The translations under genes were made by a program, and so were the position numbers. A stretch of 64,000 nucleotides of DNA, from positions 65,529 to 129,528 of the forward strand of contig CAVWRW010000008.1 of assembly GCA_963757475.1 (NCBI GenBank), written 5' to 3'. Of this stretch, positions 53,950 to 64,000 are shown piece after piece. Numbering within the stretch: position 1 is the stretch's first letter; each line of letters starts with the position of its first letter. The notes under the pieces were generated by a model that was not told the origin of the DNA, searched no databases, and saw only the letters and a program-made list of their open reading frames with translations. The stretch comes from Candidatus Dormiibacterota bacterium (GTDB taxonomy: Bacteria > Chloroflexota > Dormibacteria > Aeolococcales > Aeolococcaceae).

Positions 53950-54051
53950 GTCGACTTCATGCTCCGCGTGCCCGATCATCGCGTGTGCAGGGCCGCGAGT
54001 CTGATCATGCGGAAGTCGCCACGAATGAACCAGGGACGGAGGGAATCCGGC

Positions 54052-54504
54052 ATGCCGACATTCGCCAACATCGACGCGCTTCGCGAGGCAGGGCAGACCG
54101 ACCTGGGACACGGGGACTGGGTCACGGTGTCGCAGGAGCGGATCGCCACGTTTGCCGACGCAACGGAAGACCATCAGTGGATTCACCTCGACAGCGAACG
54201 TGCGAAGGCCGGCCCGTTCGGCGTCACCATCGCGCATGGCTATCTGACGCTCTCGCTCCTGACCCGCCTCTGCGAAGGGATGATCGGCGTTGACGGGACG
54301 AAGATGGCGATCAACTACGGTTTGAACCGCGTCCGCTTTCCAGCGCCGGTGCCGTCGGGCTCACGAATTCGCGCGAGTGCGAAGGTAGCCGGCGTTGAGG
54401 ATGTGGAAGGTGGGCTGCAGGTGCTCCTCGATGTGACGGTGGAGTGCGAGGGCAGCGCGAAGCCGGTGTGCGTCGCGCAGACGGTCAGCCGCTTCTACGT
54501 CTGA
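54052..54504 (+). CDS. MaoC family dehydratase (NodN-like)
   Basis: FADATEDHQWIHLD, TIAHGYLTLS, NYGLNRVRFPAPV. Confidence 0.92.
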   Translation: MPTFANIDALREAGQTDLGHGDWVTVSQERIATFADATEDHQWIHLDSERAKAGPFGVTIAHGYLTLSLLTRLCEGMIGVDGTKMAINYGLNRVRFPAPVPSGSRIRASAKVAGVEDVEGGLQVLLDVTVECEGSAKPVCVAQTVSRFYV

Positions 54505-54514
54505 GAGGGCCCGG

Positions 54515-56312
54515 TCAGAACCACGACTTGCTCGTGTCGAGCGCGGTGCGGTCGAGTTGCTCGACGAGGTCGAGCATGTGCGCCGTCCGCGGCAGCTCGC
54601 AACGCACGAAGTAGCGAGCGGCCTGGCGTTTACCGTCGTAGAAGTCTCCCGAACGTCCCTCAGCGGCGAGCCACTGCTCGATCCACATCCAGGCGACCAC
54701 CGTGTGCCCCATCGCCTCGAGGTACCCGCTGGCCTGCGCCAGGACCGCCTCAGCATCGCGAGTGGCCCATACGCTCCTCGTCACCGCGGCGATTCGATCG
54801 ATAGACGCCTGGACTGGAGCCGCAAGCTCGGCGCACTCACCACCGACGGCTTTGGCACGGGACAACGTTGCGCTCGCGACCTCTACCCAGAGGTCGAGGC
54901 CCGCTCCGTCTCGCATGACGACCTTGCGTCCGAGGAGATCGAGCGCCTGGATGCCGGCCGTGCCCTCGTGAATGGGATTGAGCCGGTTGTCCCGGTAGTG
55001 CTGCTCGACGTCGAAGTCGCGCGTGTAGCCATAGCCGCCGTGAATCTGGATCGCGAGGTCGTTGCCCGCGAGGCACCACTGCGACGGCCAGCTCTTGGCG
55101 ATGGGAGTCAGAACCTCGAGCAGGAGATTGGCGCGCTCGCCGATCCTCCGCACGCTCCGCCGTCTTCTCCTCATCCACAAGACGGCTGCAATAGAGCACG
55201 AGTGCCAGCGCGCCTTCCGCGTACGACTTCTGCGCGAGCAACATGCGGCGCACGTCGGCGTGGCGGATGATCGGCACCGGCGGCGCCGATGGGTCGCGAT
55301 CGACAGCGGTACGCCCCTGCGTGCGTTCGCGCGCGTATTGCAGTGACTTGAGATACGCGGTGTAGCCGAGCGCGGCGGCGCCGATGCCGATGCCAACTCG
55401 CGCCTCATTCATCATGTGAAACATGTATGCGAGCCCCTGGTGGGGCTCGCCGACGAGATATCCGACCGCACCCGCCTTCCCAAGCGGGGCGTAGCCCCCC
55501 TCACCGAAGTTGAGCAGTGTGTTGACCGTGCCGCGATATCCCATCTTGTGGTTGAGCCCGGCAAGCACGATGTCGTTGCGCTCACCGATGGCTCCGTCAT
55601 CGTCCAGGAGAAATCTCGGCACGATGAAGAGGCTGATGCCCTTGACACCCGGCGGGCCGCCCGGGATCTTGGCCAGGACGAGGTGGATGATGTTGTCGCT
55701 GAGCTCGTGATCGCCGCCGGAGATCCACATCTTGGTGCCGATGAGCCGGTACGTCCCATCGTCCTGCGGTGTCGCGCGTGTGGTGATGTCGGCGAGCGAC
55801 GAGCCGGCCTGTGGCTCGGACAGGCACATCGTGCCGAAGAACCGACCTTCGACCATCGGTCGTACGTAAGCATCGATCTGCGCCGGAGTGCCATACACCA
55901 TCAGCAAATTCGCGTTGGCGACGGTCAGGAATGGGTACGCAGACGTAGCGACGTTCGCCGCCTGCAGCCATGCGAAACACGCCGAGGTGAGGACGTGCGG
56001 CAACTGCATACCGCCGACGCTCTCGTCCATGCTCGCGCCGATGAGTCCTGTCCGCGCAAAAACGTCGAGGGCGCTCTTGATCTCCGGAATCAATTGAACG
56101 ATTCCGGCGTCAAGCGTCGGCTCGTGTACATCGCTCCACCGATTGTGTGTCGCGAAGTGATCCGTGGCGATGCGCTCCGAGAGCTCGAGCACGGCATCGA
56201 ATGTCGGGCGCGAGTGCTGCGCGTAGCGCTCTCGTGATGTCAGTGACTCGACGTCGAGCCATTCGTACAGGAGGAAGTTGAGATCGGCTCGAGAGAGCAG
56301 CAGCGAAGCCAC
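54515..56312 (-). CDS. Acyl-CoA dehydrogenase (frameshift at about 55150)
   Basis: [62 protein letters not shown]. Start is GTG 56312 or ATG 56321. Confidence 0.93.
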
Positions 56313-56359
56313 AGTCGTCATCTTAGTGAGAGAGTCGGACGTGGTAGATTGCTGGCCCG

Positions 56360-56525
56360 ATGGACGAACCACACTCGGCCCTGATCACCGGCGCTGCCAA
56401 CGGAAGAGGGCGCGCGATGCGCAGTGCGTTTCGCGCGCATCAACCGCGAAGATCATCGGGATGTCCAACGCCGTCCGCACCGCATCGGACCGGGTTGAGG
56501 TGCCCATCAACAGCGCGGACGGCGC
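56360..56525 (+). pseudogene. SDR oxidoreductase remnant
   Basis: ALITGAANGRGRA (Rossmann-like) and VEVPINSA (NNAG-like) in different frames; the rest is missing. Confidence 0.45.
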
Positions 56526-56625
56526 TTAGTCGATCACGGTCTTCCGTCGACCTTGATTGGGGTTTCGCCGAGGGCATTGCTGTCGATGCGCTGCCGCGGC
56601 GGAATGATCCCGCGATGATGGCGAG

Positions 56626-57558
56626 GTGAGCGCAGCTCCGCAAAGGAGTTCGGACGGCCCGCCGCGGCACGTCGTGCTCGGGCTGGGCGGCGTCGGCGGT
56701 CTGCTCGCAGCGCTCCTCGCGCGATCGGGCGCTGATGTCCGGGCGATCATTCGCGAAGGCACTGTGGCGGCATATCCCGGACGGCTGACTGTTTCGAGCG
56801 CGGCCTTCGGCGATTTCGACGTTCCGGTTCCCGCGAGTGCGGAGCTCGACGAGGTATCCGATGTCGTCTGGATCACGGTCAAGGCCCCCCAACTGCGGGT
56901 CGCGATCGAGAGCATCCCGCCGTCCGTCGTCGGCGGGGGCTTGATCATCCCGCTGCTCAACGGCATCGACCACGTCGCGTTTCTCCGAGCGCACTTTGCG
57001 GATTCGCGCGTGATCGCGGCAAGCATCCGCGTTGCTGCCGAGCGGACCGCGCCCGGAACGATCGTCATCCGTTCCCCGTTCGCCGAGCTGGCGCTTGCAC
57101 TCGATCCCGGCTCGAGCCGCGAGGCTGCGCTGGAGGCCAGCCTGCGCGCGGCGGGATTCGGGATTCGTGTCGTCGCCAACGACGCGACCGTCCTCTGGGG
57201 AAAGCTGTACCTGCTCGCGCCCTTGGCGCTCGCGACTTCGATCGTGATGGGACCGATCGGCCAGGCGCGCCAGGACGCCGAGCTCGCGCCGCTGCTCTCG
57301 GCCGCGCTGCGCGAGACGTGGACAGTTGCTCGCGCGGAGGGTGCCGATATCGAGGATGGCGATCTCGACGCGCGGTTCCAGGCCGCGATGCCGGACGCGA
57401 TGTCCAGCTCGCTGGAGCGCGACATCCGCCTTGGCAACGAGACCGAGTTCGCGGCGATCACCGATCCCGTCCTCCGGTGCGGCGAGGCGCACGGCATCCC
57501 GACGCCGGCGTTCGCCGAGCTTGCCCGACGGGTCCAGAGCAGGATCGAATCGCGCTAG
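56626..57558 (+). CDS. Ketopantoate reductase family protein (PanE/ApbA-like)
   Basis: VLGLGGVGG, ITVK, PLLNG, LWGKL, SSLERD, TE. Confidence 0.88.
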   Translation: MSAAPQRSSDGPPRHVVLGLGGVGGLLAALLARSGADVRAIIREGTVAAYPGRLTVSSAAFGDFDVPVPASAELDEVSDVVWITVKAPQLRVAIESIPPSVVGGGLIIPLLNGIDHVAFLRAHFADSRVIAASIRVAAERTAPGTIVIRSPFAELALALDPGSSREAALEASLRAAGFGIRVVANDATVLWGKLYLLAPLALATSIVMGPIGQARQDAELAPLLSAALRETWTVARAEGADIEDGDLDARFQAAMPDAMSSSLERDIRLGNETEFAAITDPVLRCGEAHGIPTPAFAELARRVQSRIESR

Positions 57559-57658
57559 GCGGTCCGTGTGGATGTACGCGCTGCGTCCAGCTTGACGGAG
57601 GCCGAACACCCGAGGTAGCGTCGAGGGCCGCGACAGCCGTCGGTGCCTCACGAAGGGG

Positions 57659-59053
57659 GTGGACATGCTTCCGGTACGAGTGGCAGAGCGCAGTCGAAAC
57701 GTGATCGCGAAGCTCGCGGTGATCGCACTCGGGGTGGGGTTCGCCGCTATCGGGATTGGGCCCGCTCAGGCACTCGCCGGCGGCCCGCAGACGCTGACCG
57801 GGACGTTCGGTGACGGCGCGACCTATCTCATCCAGGTCCCCGCGGACTGGAACGGCACGCTCGTCCTGTACAGCCACGGCTATGTCACGCCGGGGAGCGC
57901 GAACCCGGCGACGGACGTCGGCGATCCGATCACCGGCCAGTGGCTGCTGAGCAACGGCTATGCGCTCGCCGGTTCCTCATACGCCACAACCGGTTGGGCG
58001 ATCCAGCAGGCGATCCCGGACCAGCTCGCGACGGTGAAGACGTTTGATCATCTCGTCGGCAAGCCGAAGCGCACGATCGCGTGGGGTCACTCACTCGGCG
58101 GCATGATCACCGCCGGGCTCATCCAGGTCGCGCCGAAGGAGTTCACCGCCGCGCTGCCGATGTGCGGCGTCGTCGCCGGCGGCGTGCAGACGTGGAACCT
58201 GGCCCTCGATTCCGAGCTCGCCGTGCAGCAGCTCCTCGGGCCGACGTCGGCCCTCCAGATCGTCAACATCACGGATCCGACGGCAAACTTGACCCTCGCC
58301 GAGGAGCTCTACGCAGGAGCGCAGGCGACACCGCAGGGCCAGGCGCGCATCGCTCTTGCTGCGGCACTCGGTGACATCCCGGGCTGGTTCGACCCGACGA
58401 CTCCCGAACCGGCGCCAACCGACTACACCGCGCAGGAAGCGAATCAGTACCTGTGGGCCACTGAGGTCGACGGCCCCTTCGCGTTCGCCTTCCGCGCCGA
58501 GCTCGAGGCGCGAGCCGGTGGCAACCCGTCATGGACGGGCGGCGTCAACTTCTGGCAACAGTTGCAGGAGTTGCCGGACTACAACGAGGTGAAGGCGCTG
58601 TACCACGCTGCAGGGCTCAGCCTGAGCGACGACATTGCGACGCTCACTGCGGCGCCGAGGATCACGCCCGATCCGAGCGCAGTCGCATACCTGAAGCACA
58701 ACATCGTGTACAACGGCGACATCAGCCAGCCGGTGCTGACGCTGCACACCACAGGTGACGGACTCGTCGTCAACGAGGATGAGTCGCAGTACAAGAACAC
58801 GGTCGACGCCGCGGGCAAGGGCTACCTCCTGCGTCAGGAGTTCGTGAGTCGCGCCGGACACTGCACCTTCACGCCGGCTGAGACCATCGCCGCGTTCAAG
58901 GCGCTGATCCATCGCATGAACACCGGACGCTGGGGGAACCTCCGTCCGGCCGCGCTCAACGCAGTCGCGACATCGCTCGGACCGACGTACAACACGGCCC
59001 CCGCGGCCTACGTGCGGTTCACGCCGCTGCCGTTCCAGCGTCCGGCGAGCTGA
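57659..59053 (+). CDS. Secreted alpha/beta hydrolase (S9/tannase-like)
   Basis: Signal peptide ...AQALA; VPADWNGTLVLYSHGY, GHSLGG, HTTGD, AGHCTF. Confidence 0.8.
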   Translation: MDMLPVRVAERSRNVIAKLAVIALGVGFAAIGIGPAQALAGGPQTLTGTFGDGATYLIQVPADWNGTLVLYSHGYVTPGSANPATDVGDPITGQWLLSNGYALAGSSYATTGWAIQQAIPDQLATVKTFDHLVGKPKRTIAWGHSLGGMITAGLIQVAPKEFTAALPMCGVVAGGVQTWNLALDSELAVQQLLGPTSALQIVNITDPTANLTLAEELYAGAQATPQGQARIALAAALGDIPGWFDPTTPEPAPTDYTAQEANQYLWATEVDGPFAFAFRAELEARAGGNPSWTGGVNFWQQLQELPDYNEVKALYHAAGLSLSDDIATLTAAPRITPDPSAVAYLKHNIVYNGDISQPVLTLHTTGDGLVVNEDESQYKNTVDAAGKGYLLRQEFVSRAGHCTFTPAETIAAFKALIHRMNTGRWGNLRPAALNAVATSLGPTYNTAPAAYVRFTPLPFQRPAS

Positions 59054-60125
59054 GCCTCGTTCCGTCAGCCTTCCTGGATCTGCACCTGACCGCGCGAATC
59101 GCAGTCAACGCCGCCCGACCACGCTCGCGCAATCGCTCATGCGTGCCGTCCATCCACGGAATATCGCGCGGCAGGTATCGCTTCGGGGCCTTGGCAACGA
59201 TCGTGTAGTTGGCGTCGACGACGTTGGCGATACGCGAGCGCGATGCTTGCGAAAGGAACTGATACGCATCCATGAGGCTGAGACCGGTGGCGGCCGAGAT
59301 CCAGGTCACCAGTCTGCGTGTGCGCGATGCGGAACGCGTCCTCGAGCGGCCGGTACGAGCCCGCGACCATGATCGCCTCGTCACTCTCGAGGCGGGGCCA
59401 TTCGCAGTAGACGCCCTTGATCACATCGACAGTGAGCGTCGTGATCATCGCTCCCTCGACGGCAGCGCCACACACTTCGCCCTCTCCCATGGTGTAGTGC
59501 CCGTCGCCAAGCGAGAACAGCGCGCCAGGGACGTTGACGCCGAGATACAGCGTCGCACCCGCGCATGCTTCCGGGGTGTCCATGTTGCCGCCGAAAGCCT
59601 CGGGCACCAGGACGTTCCGCGCTTCAAACGCGGCGGGCGCAACGCCGATCGTGCCGTGAAAGGGCTGCAGCGGCAGACGGATCTCGCAGTCGAAGTCGAG
59701 CGCGTGATAGAGCACCTCGGACTGGTCGCGCTGTCAACGCGATACAGCCATGTGCGTTCGGGAAGCGGCAGGTTGCAACGTGGCTGTGTATTTCGTGCCG
59801 GTCAGCGACTCCGAACAGCGAGACGGTCGTGCTCACCGCCCAGTCGCGCGCCGGCTGCACATCGATGAGGTGAATCGCGAGCGTGTCGCCCGGCTCGGCG
59901 CCCTCGACGAAGAACGGCCCGGTCTGCGGGTTGATGAATGGATATTCGATGCACTTGCTCGGGAAGGTCGTCGACACTGCGGATGTTGCCCCCGAAGCAG
60001 TCCTCGGTGAAGAGCCGAAGCACTTCGCCCGGGCGCACTCGCCAGACGGGATCGGTCCCACCGAATGTCCACGCGTATTGATCCGCTCGCGGAACGATGG
60101 AGCGGACGACGTCGAGATCAGGCAT
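59019..60125 (-). CDS. Acetamidase/formamidase family protein (frameshifts; 3' end approximate)
   Basis: NPQTGPFFVEGAEPGD, GGNMD, SLGDGH, GEGEVCGAAVE, DAYQFLS. Confidence 0.88.
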
Positions 60126-61226
60126 GCAGCAGCGATACCGAGGTGGTCAGCCGCTCGACGAGGTCCTGGCGCACGTCGACGCCGATACCGGGTCCCTGCG
60201 GAACGCGAAGGCACGCCGTCCTCGAGCACGAACGGCTCGGTGATGTCCTCCGCGAAATAGCGGTCGGATGCCGACGTGTCGCCCGGCAGCTTGAAGTTGG
60301 GCAGCGCGGCGAGCGCGAGGTTGGCCGCGCGTCCCACACCGGTCTCGAGCATGCCGCCGCACCACACTGGTGCACCGAGCGCAGCGCAGACATCGTGAAT
60401 GCGGACTGCCTCGATGTACCCGCCGACGCGTCCCGCCTTGATGTTGACGATGCTGCATGCACCACGATTCACGGCGTCGGCCGCGACTGCGGCGGAGACG
60501 ATCAACTCGTCAAGGCAGATCGGTGTTGACATCGTTGCCGCGAGCGCTGCGTGGCCCGAAATGTCCTCCTCGACAAATGGCTGCTCGATGAGCAGCAGGT
60601 TGAACTCATCGAGACGCCGCAGCCGCGGTGCGCTCGCGGCGTCGTAGGCGGTGTTCGCATCGACCTGGAGGAGCAGGTCGTCGCCGAAGGCGTCACGAAC
60701 GGCGTGTACCGGCTCCCAGTCCCAGCCGGGCTCGATCTTGAGCTTGATGCGCCGGTATCCCTGATCGAGGTAGCCGCCGACCTCTTCGAGCAATGCATCG
60801 AGTGTCGCGGCGATGCCGACCGACACGCCGCACTCGACACGATCGCGCACGGCACCCAGGTAGCGGGCCAGCGAGATGCCGTATGCGCGCAGCTCGGCGT
60901 CGAGCACTGCTGCCTCCACCGCGGCCTTGGCCATGCGATGCCCGATCACGCCCGCGAGCGCGGGTTGCACACCGCGTCCCGACAGGTGCGTCGACGGCGA
61001 ACAGGCGCGGTGCGAGGTGGTCGGTGATCACCGCCTGCGCTGCAGCGACATATTCGCTGCTGTACACCGGGTCTGCAAGCGCGACACACTCGCCGACTCC
61101 CTCACCGACATCGGTGAGCACCTTGACAAGCAGCACATCGCGGTCGGTCTGCGTCCCGAACGACGTGCGGAACGGACGCACCAGCGGCACGCCGATGCGG
61201 CGCAGCTCGATCGCCTGAATCTTCAC
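60118..61226 (-). CDS. menC: o-succinylbenzoate synthase / N-succinylamino acid racemase (NSAR/OSBS subfamily; frameshifts)
   Basis: PFRTSFG, RIKLKI, VDAN, IEQP, CLDE, NIKAGRVGG, WCGGMLETGVGR, PGDTSAS. Confidence 0.9.
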
Positions 61227-62374
61227 TGCGCGGCTTCCTCGGTTGGGTCCTCGACGTGGTCAGCGCCGCTGACGTCCGCGCCGGCGAGGATGCGCGCGAG
61301 CAGCGCGCGGAGCAGGGCTGCGCGTCCCGGCATCATCGCGACCTCGACGTACTCGCCCTCCGCATGCGCGCCGTCGCCGACGGCGCCGAGCCCGTCCAGG
61401 GTCGGCACGCCGATCGCGCCCGTGAAGTTGCCGTCGGACGCGCCGCCGACTCGCGCAGTGCCAACCGGCGGATCGCCGAGCGATGCCGCGCACTCCTCGA
61501 CGAGTTGCACGAGCGCGGTGGAGCGTCGCGCCTCGAGCGGCGGCCGGTTGATGCCGCCACTGATGGCAAGCAAGGCGCCGGGGAGCGTGGGAGTCAGGCT
61601 GCGGATGGCCGCGATCGACCCGCTGTTGCTCATCGATGCTCCACGCCCGGACGTCGATGTCGACCTCCGCAGCTGCCGGGACGGTGTTGATCACAGTGCC
61701 GGCATGTGAGCGCGTCGGAGTCACCGTCGTCCCGACAGCGGTATTGCTGATGGCCGCGATGACGGGGACCTGCGCCGCGAGTTCGACAAGCGCGTTGATG
61801 CCGCGCTCCGGTTCGAGACCGGCATGGGCCGCGCGCCCCGTGATGCTCAGCTTGTACATCGAGATGCCCTTGCGGGCGACCTTGACGCGGCGCGCCGAGG
61901 CCCGGTTCCAGCACGAGCACGCAGCGTGCCCGGCGCGCCTCGTCCTCGATGAACGCCTGCGATGCCGGTGAGCCGATCTCCTCATCCGACGTGACGAGCA
62001 GCGTGATGCCCTTGATGTCTGCGAGCCCACGCATGGCGAACAGCGCCTGCACGAGCCCCGCCTTCATGTCAAAGGCTCCGGGCCCGGTCGCACGTCCGTC
62101 GGTCACGGTGAACGGCCAGCGCGCGATCGTACCCGCGGGCCAGACGGTGTCGAAGTGACAGAGCACGAGAATGCCGCCGTCCTCGCCGCGAACGCGAAGC
62201 AACGGCCGGCCGCGAACGTCGAGCAACTCGGGGACGATGCCGATGATTTCCTCGATGACCTGCGCCGCCAGGCGCATGCCGGCACCGATGAGGTCGGGGT
62301 CGTTGCTCGGCGTTTCCGCGGTCACGAGACGTTCGAGCACGTCGACCATCTCCGCTCTCGGTCGCGTCAAGCAT
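61223..62374 (-). CDS. M20 family metallopeptidase (carboxypeptidase G2-like; frameshifts)
   Basis: HFDTVW, GPGAFDMKAG, SDEEIGS, GRAAHAG, GGASDGNF, DGLG...GAH. Confidence 0.9.
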
Positions 62375-63146
62375 TGGTTGACGCCGGTTGTGGGCGCGTG
62401 AACCGATATGCCCCGGCGGCCCATTCGATCGTGAGGCCGTCGCGCTCTGCGGCAAGCACGGCGTCGCGTGTCGCGATGCGTGCCGCGCGTGCTGCGACGG
62501 GATCAGTTCGCGCGAGTGTCGTGTAGTCCTTCGGAATCGCATGCGAGCGCACCACGTCGACGGGTCGAAATGGATCCCCGGCAGCGGCCGCGAGCACACG
62601 CGGCGAGTCGAGATGCCACGAGACCTCGAAGCGGTCGCTTTCCTCTCCGGCGTTGACGATGTCGTCCATGGCGCCGTAGAAGTTGGGATGCATCGTCATC
62701 ACGACGGCGCCGAGTTTGACCAGGTTGAACTGTGCATTGCGTGCCACCAATGGGTCGTAGGTCCAGCGAATCTCGCCGAAACCCTCGCGAAGGCAGACGG
62801 CGCGCTGCCACAGTTTGAGCGCATAGCCGACCCCGGCCGAAAGGTGGCTCGGGATCACGGCCGTCATGTGCGAGTGCAGATGCAACCCACCCTCCCAGCC
62901 GAGGAACCCAACCGTGGTCCCGACCGGGCGCTCGCCGACCAGGGCGCCCAGGAGCGTGCTCCCGGCATGCGCGAAGGCGCGCAGGAGATTCGACTGCGGG
63001 ATCTGCTGCGGCCCCCAGACCGCTCCGATCACCTCCTGGGCGATGGCGATCTCGCCGCTCTGCAACTCGCGGACCTCGACGCCGGCGCGCGAGGCTGCTT
63101 CGCGCGCGACTGACCACGCGCCGTCGAGCCCACTGTTGGAGATCAC
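62367..63146 (-). CDS. GNAT family acyltransferase (putative D-amino acid N-succinyltransferase)
   Basis: LHSHMTAV, GVGYALKLWQR, WTYDPL..RNAQFNLVKLG, NFYG, SDRF. Confidence 0.85.
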   Translation of the reverse strand: MISNSGLDGAWSVAREAASRAGVEVRELQSGEIAIAQEVIGAVWGPQQIPQSNLLRAFAHAGSTLLGALVGERPVGTTVGFLGWEGGLHLHSHMTAVIPSHLSAGVGYALKLWQRAVCLREGFGEIRWTYDPLVARNAQFNLVKLGAVVMTMHPNFYGAMDDIVNAGEESDRFEVSWHLDSPRVLAAAAGDPFRPVDVVRSHAIPKDYTTLARTDPVAARAARIATRDAVLAAERDGLTIEWAAGAYRFTRPQPASTNA

Positions 63147-63232
63147 CGCGCCGATTCTAGGTCGGTAGATCGTCGGATCCCGGCCGTCGCGCTGAGGCCG
63201 GGTGTCCTGACAGGATGGCTATGGTGGTGGCG

Positions 63233-64000
63233 ATGAACGAGATGGGGCGCCTCAGCGGCGCCGAGGAGCAACCGTGGACCTGGGAAGAAGCGCGCTGGCG
63301 CGGCTCAGTCGACCGGGTCCGCGCAGGCCGGCGGCTCGTCCCAGCGGTGTGGCCCGACGGCGCCGAGGTTGCAGTCGCCCTCTCGTTCGATTCGGATCAC
63401 GAAACCGTCCCGCTGCGCAACGCTGAGACGCACCCGGGCAAGCTCTCGCAGGGGGAGTACGGCGCACGCGTCGGCGTTCCGCGCGTGCTGCGGCTGCTCG
63501 ATCATCACCGGGTTCCCGCGACCTTCTTCGTTCCAGCGGTGTCGGGACTGCTGCATGCCGAGGAGATCCCGGCGTGCGTCGCGGCCGGGCACGAGATCGC
63601 GCTGCACGGTTGGATCCACGAATGGAACACCGTGCTGGACCGTGCCACCGAACGCGATCTGCTCTTTCGCAGCATCGATGTCCTCGAGCGGCTCAGCGGC
63701 ACACGGCCGACGGGCATTCGCACGCCGTCATGGGATTTCAGCGAGCACACGCTCGATCTCATTCGCGAGGCGCAGCTCACCTACAACTCGTCGCTGATGG
63801 CCGACGACGAGCCATACGAGCTGCTGGCAGCGGGGGAGGCGACGGGCATCGTCGAGATCCCGGTGGAATGGATCCGGGACGACGCGCCGTACCTGACCAT
63901 GGACCGATATACCGGCATCCGCCCGTACACGGCGCCACGTCAGATCCTGCAGATCTGGATTGACGAGTTCGACCAGGCGCGGCAGCAGCACGGGCTCTTC
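63233..64000 (+). CDS. Polysaccharide deacetylase family protein (PuuE-like; 3' truncated; possible N-terminal frameshift)
   Basis: VALSFDSD, YGARVGVPR, ATFFVP, HEIALHGWIHE, GIRTPSW, YNSSLMADD. Confidence 0.88.
   Translation, partial: MNEMGRLSGAEEQPWTWEEARWRGSVDRVRAGRRLVPAVWPDGAEVAVALSFDSDHETVPLRNAETHPGKLSQGEYGARVGVPRVLRLLDHHRVPATFFVPAVSGLLHAEEIPACVAAGHEIALHGWIHEWNTVLDRATERDLLFRSIDVLERLSGTRPTGIRTPSWDFSEHTLDLIREAQLTYNSSLMADDEPYELLAAGEATGIVEIPVEWIRDDAPYLTMDRYTGIRPYTAPRQILQIWIDEFDQARQQHGLF

Noticed and set aside
56360-56629. ORF track entry listed on the minus strand (MDEPHSALITG...)
   Set aside because: That peptide reads from ATG 56360 on the + strand and looks like an SDR remnant, not an intact gene.
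60118-61226. menC as evidence of a menaquinone biosynthesis operon
   Set aside because: No other men genes are nearby, and the GNAT/M20 context indicates racemase function.

Overview
This is a high-GC, gene-dense bacterial chromosomal segment. The gene style (F420-linked enzymes, furA-katG, a Gram-positive-type LexA box, leaderless starts) suggests a Terrabacteria soil lineage such as Actinomycetota, Chloroflexota or Dormibacterota; this is inference only. Many genes carry single-base frameshifts, densest at about 37-53 kb and 59-62 kb, which looks like long-read assembly error rather than true pseudogenisation. Contents in order: (1) a translationally coupled respiratory operon in which two CydA-like (cytochrome bd subunit I-like) genes flank a Tat-Rieske plus cytochrome b pair, with no CydB or cytochrome c seen, followed by a pseudo-receiver, an ABC pair and a lipoprotein; (2) an SDR, an ABC exporter, a secreted NHL beta-propeller and a general-stress-like cluster; (3) a membrane HD-GYP protein with a 12-residue Cys/Asn repeat tail, furA-katG, a GGDEF-EAL protein, MarR-MFS, peroxiredoxin and oligopeptidase B; (4) a LexA-boxed UvrD-like helicase; (5) sir-cysH-cysG preceded by a candidate Cys leader peptide; (6) a divergent catabolic locus with proline iminopeptidase, SDR, glutamine-synthetase-like ligase, ALDH and GH127 on one arm and APC permease, SDR, hydrolase and MaoC on the other; (7) a GNAT-M20-NSAR/OSBS-amidase operon. 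No rRNA, tRNA, CRISPR array or mobile element was recognised. Family assignments come from motif recognition by eye, not database searches.
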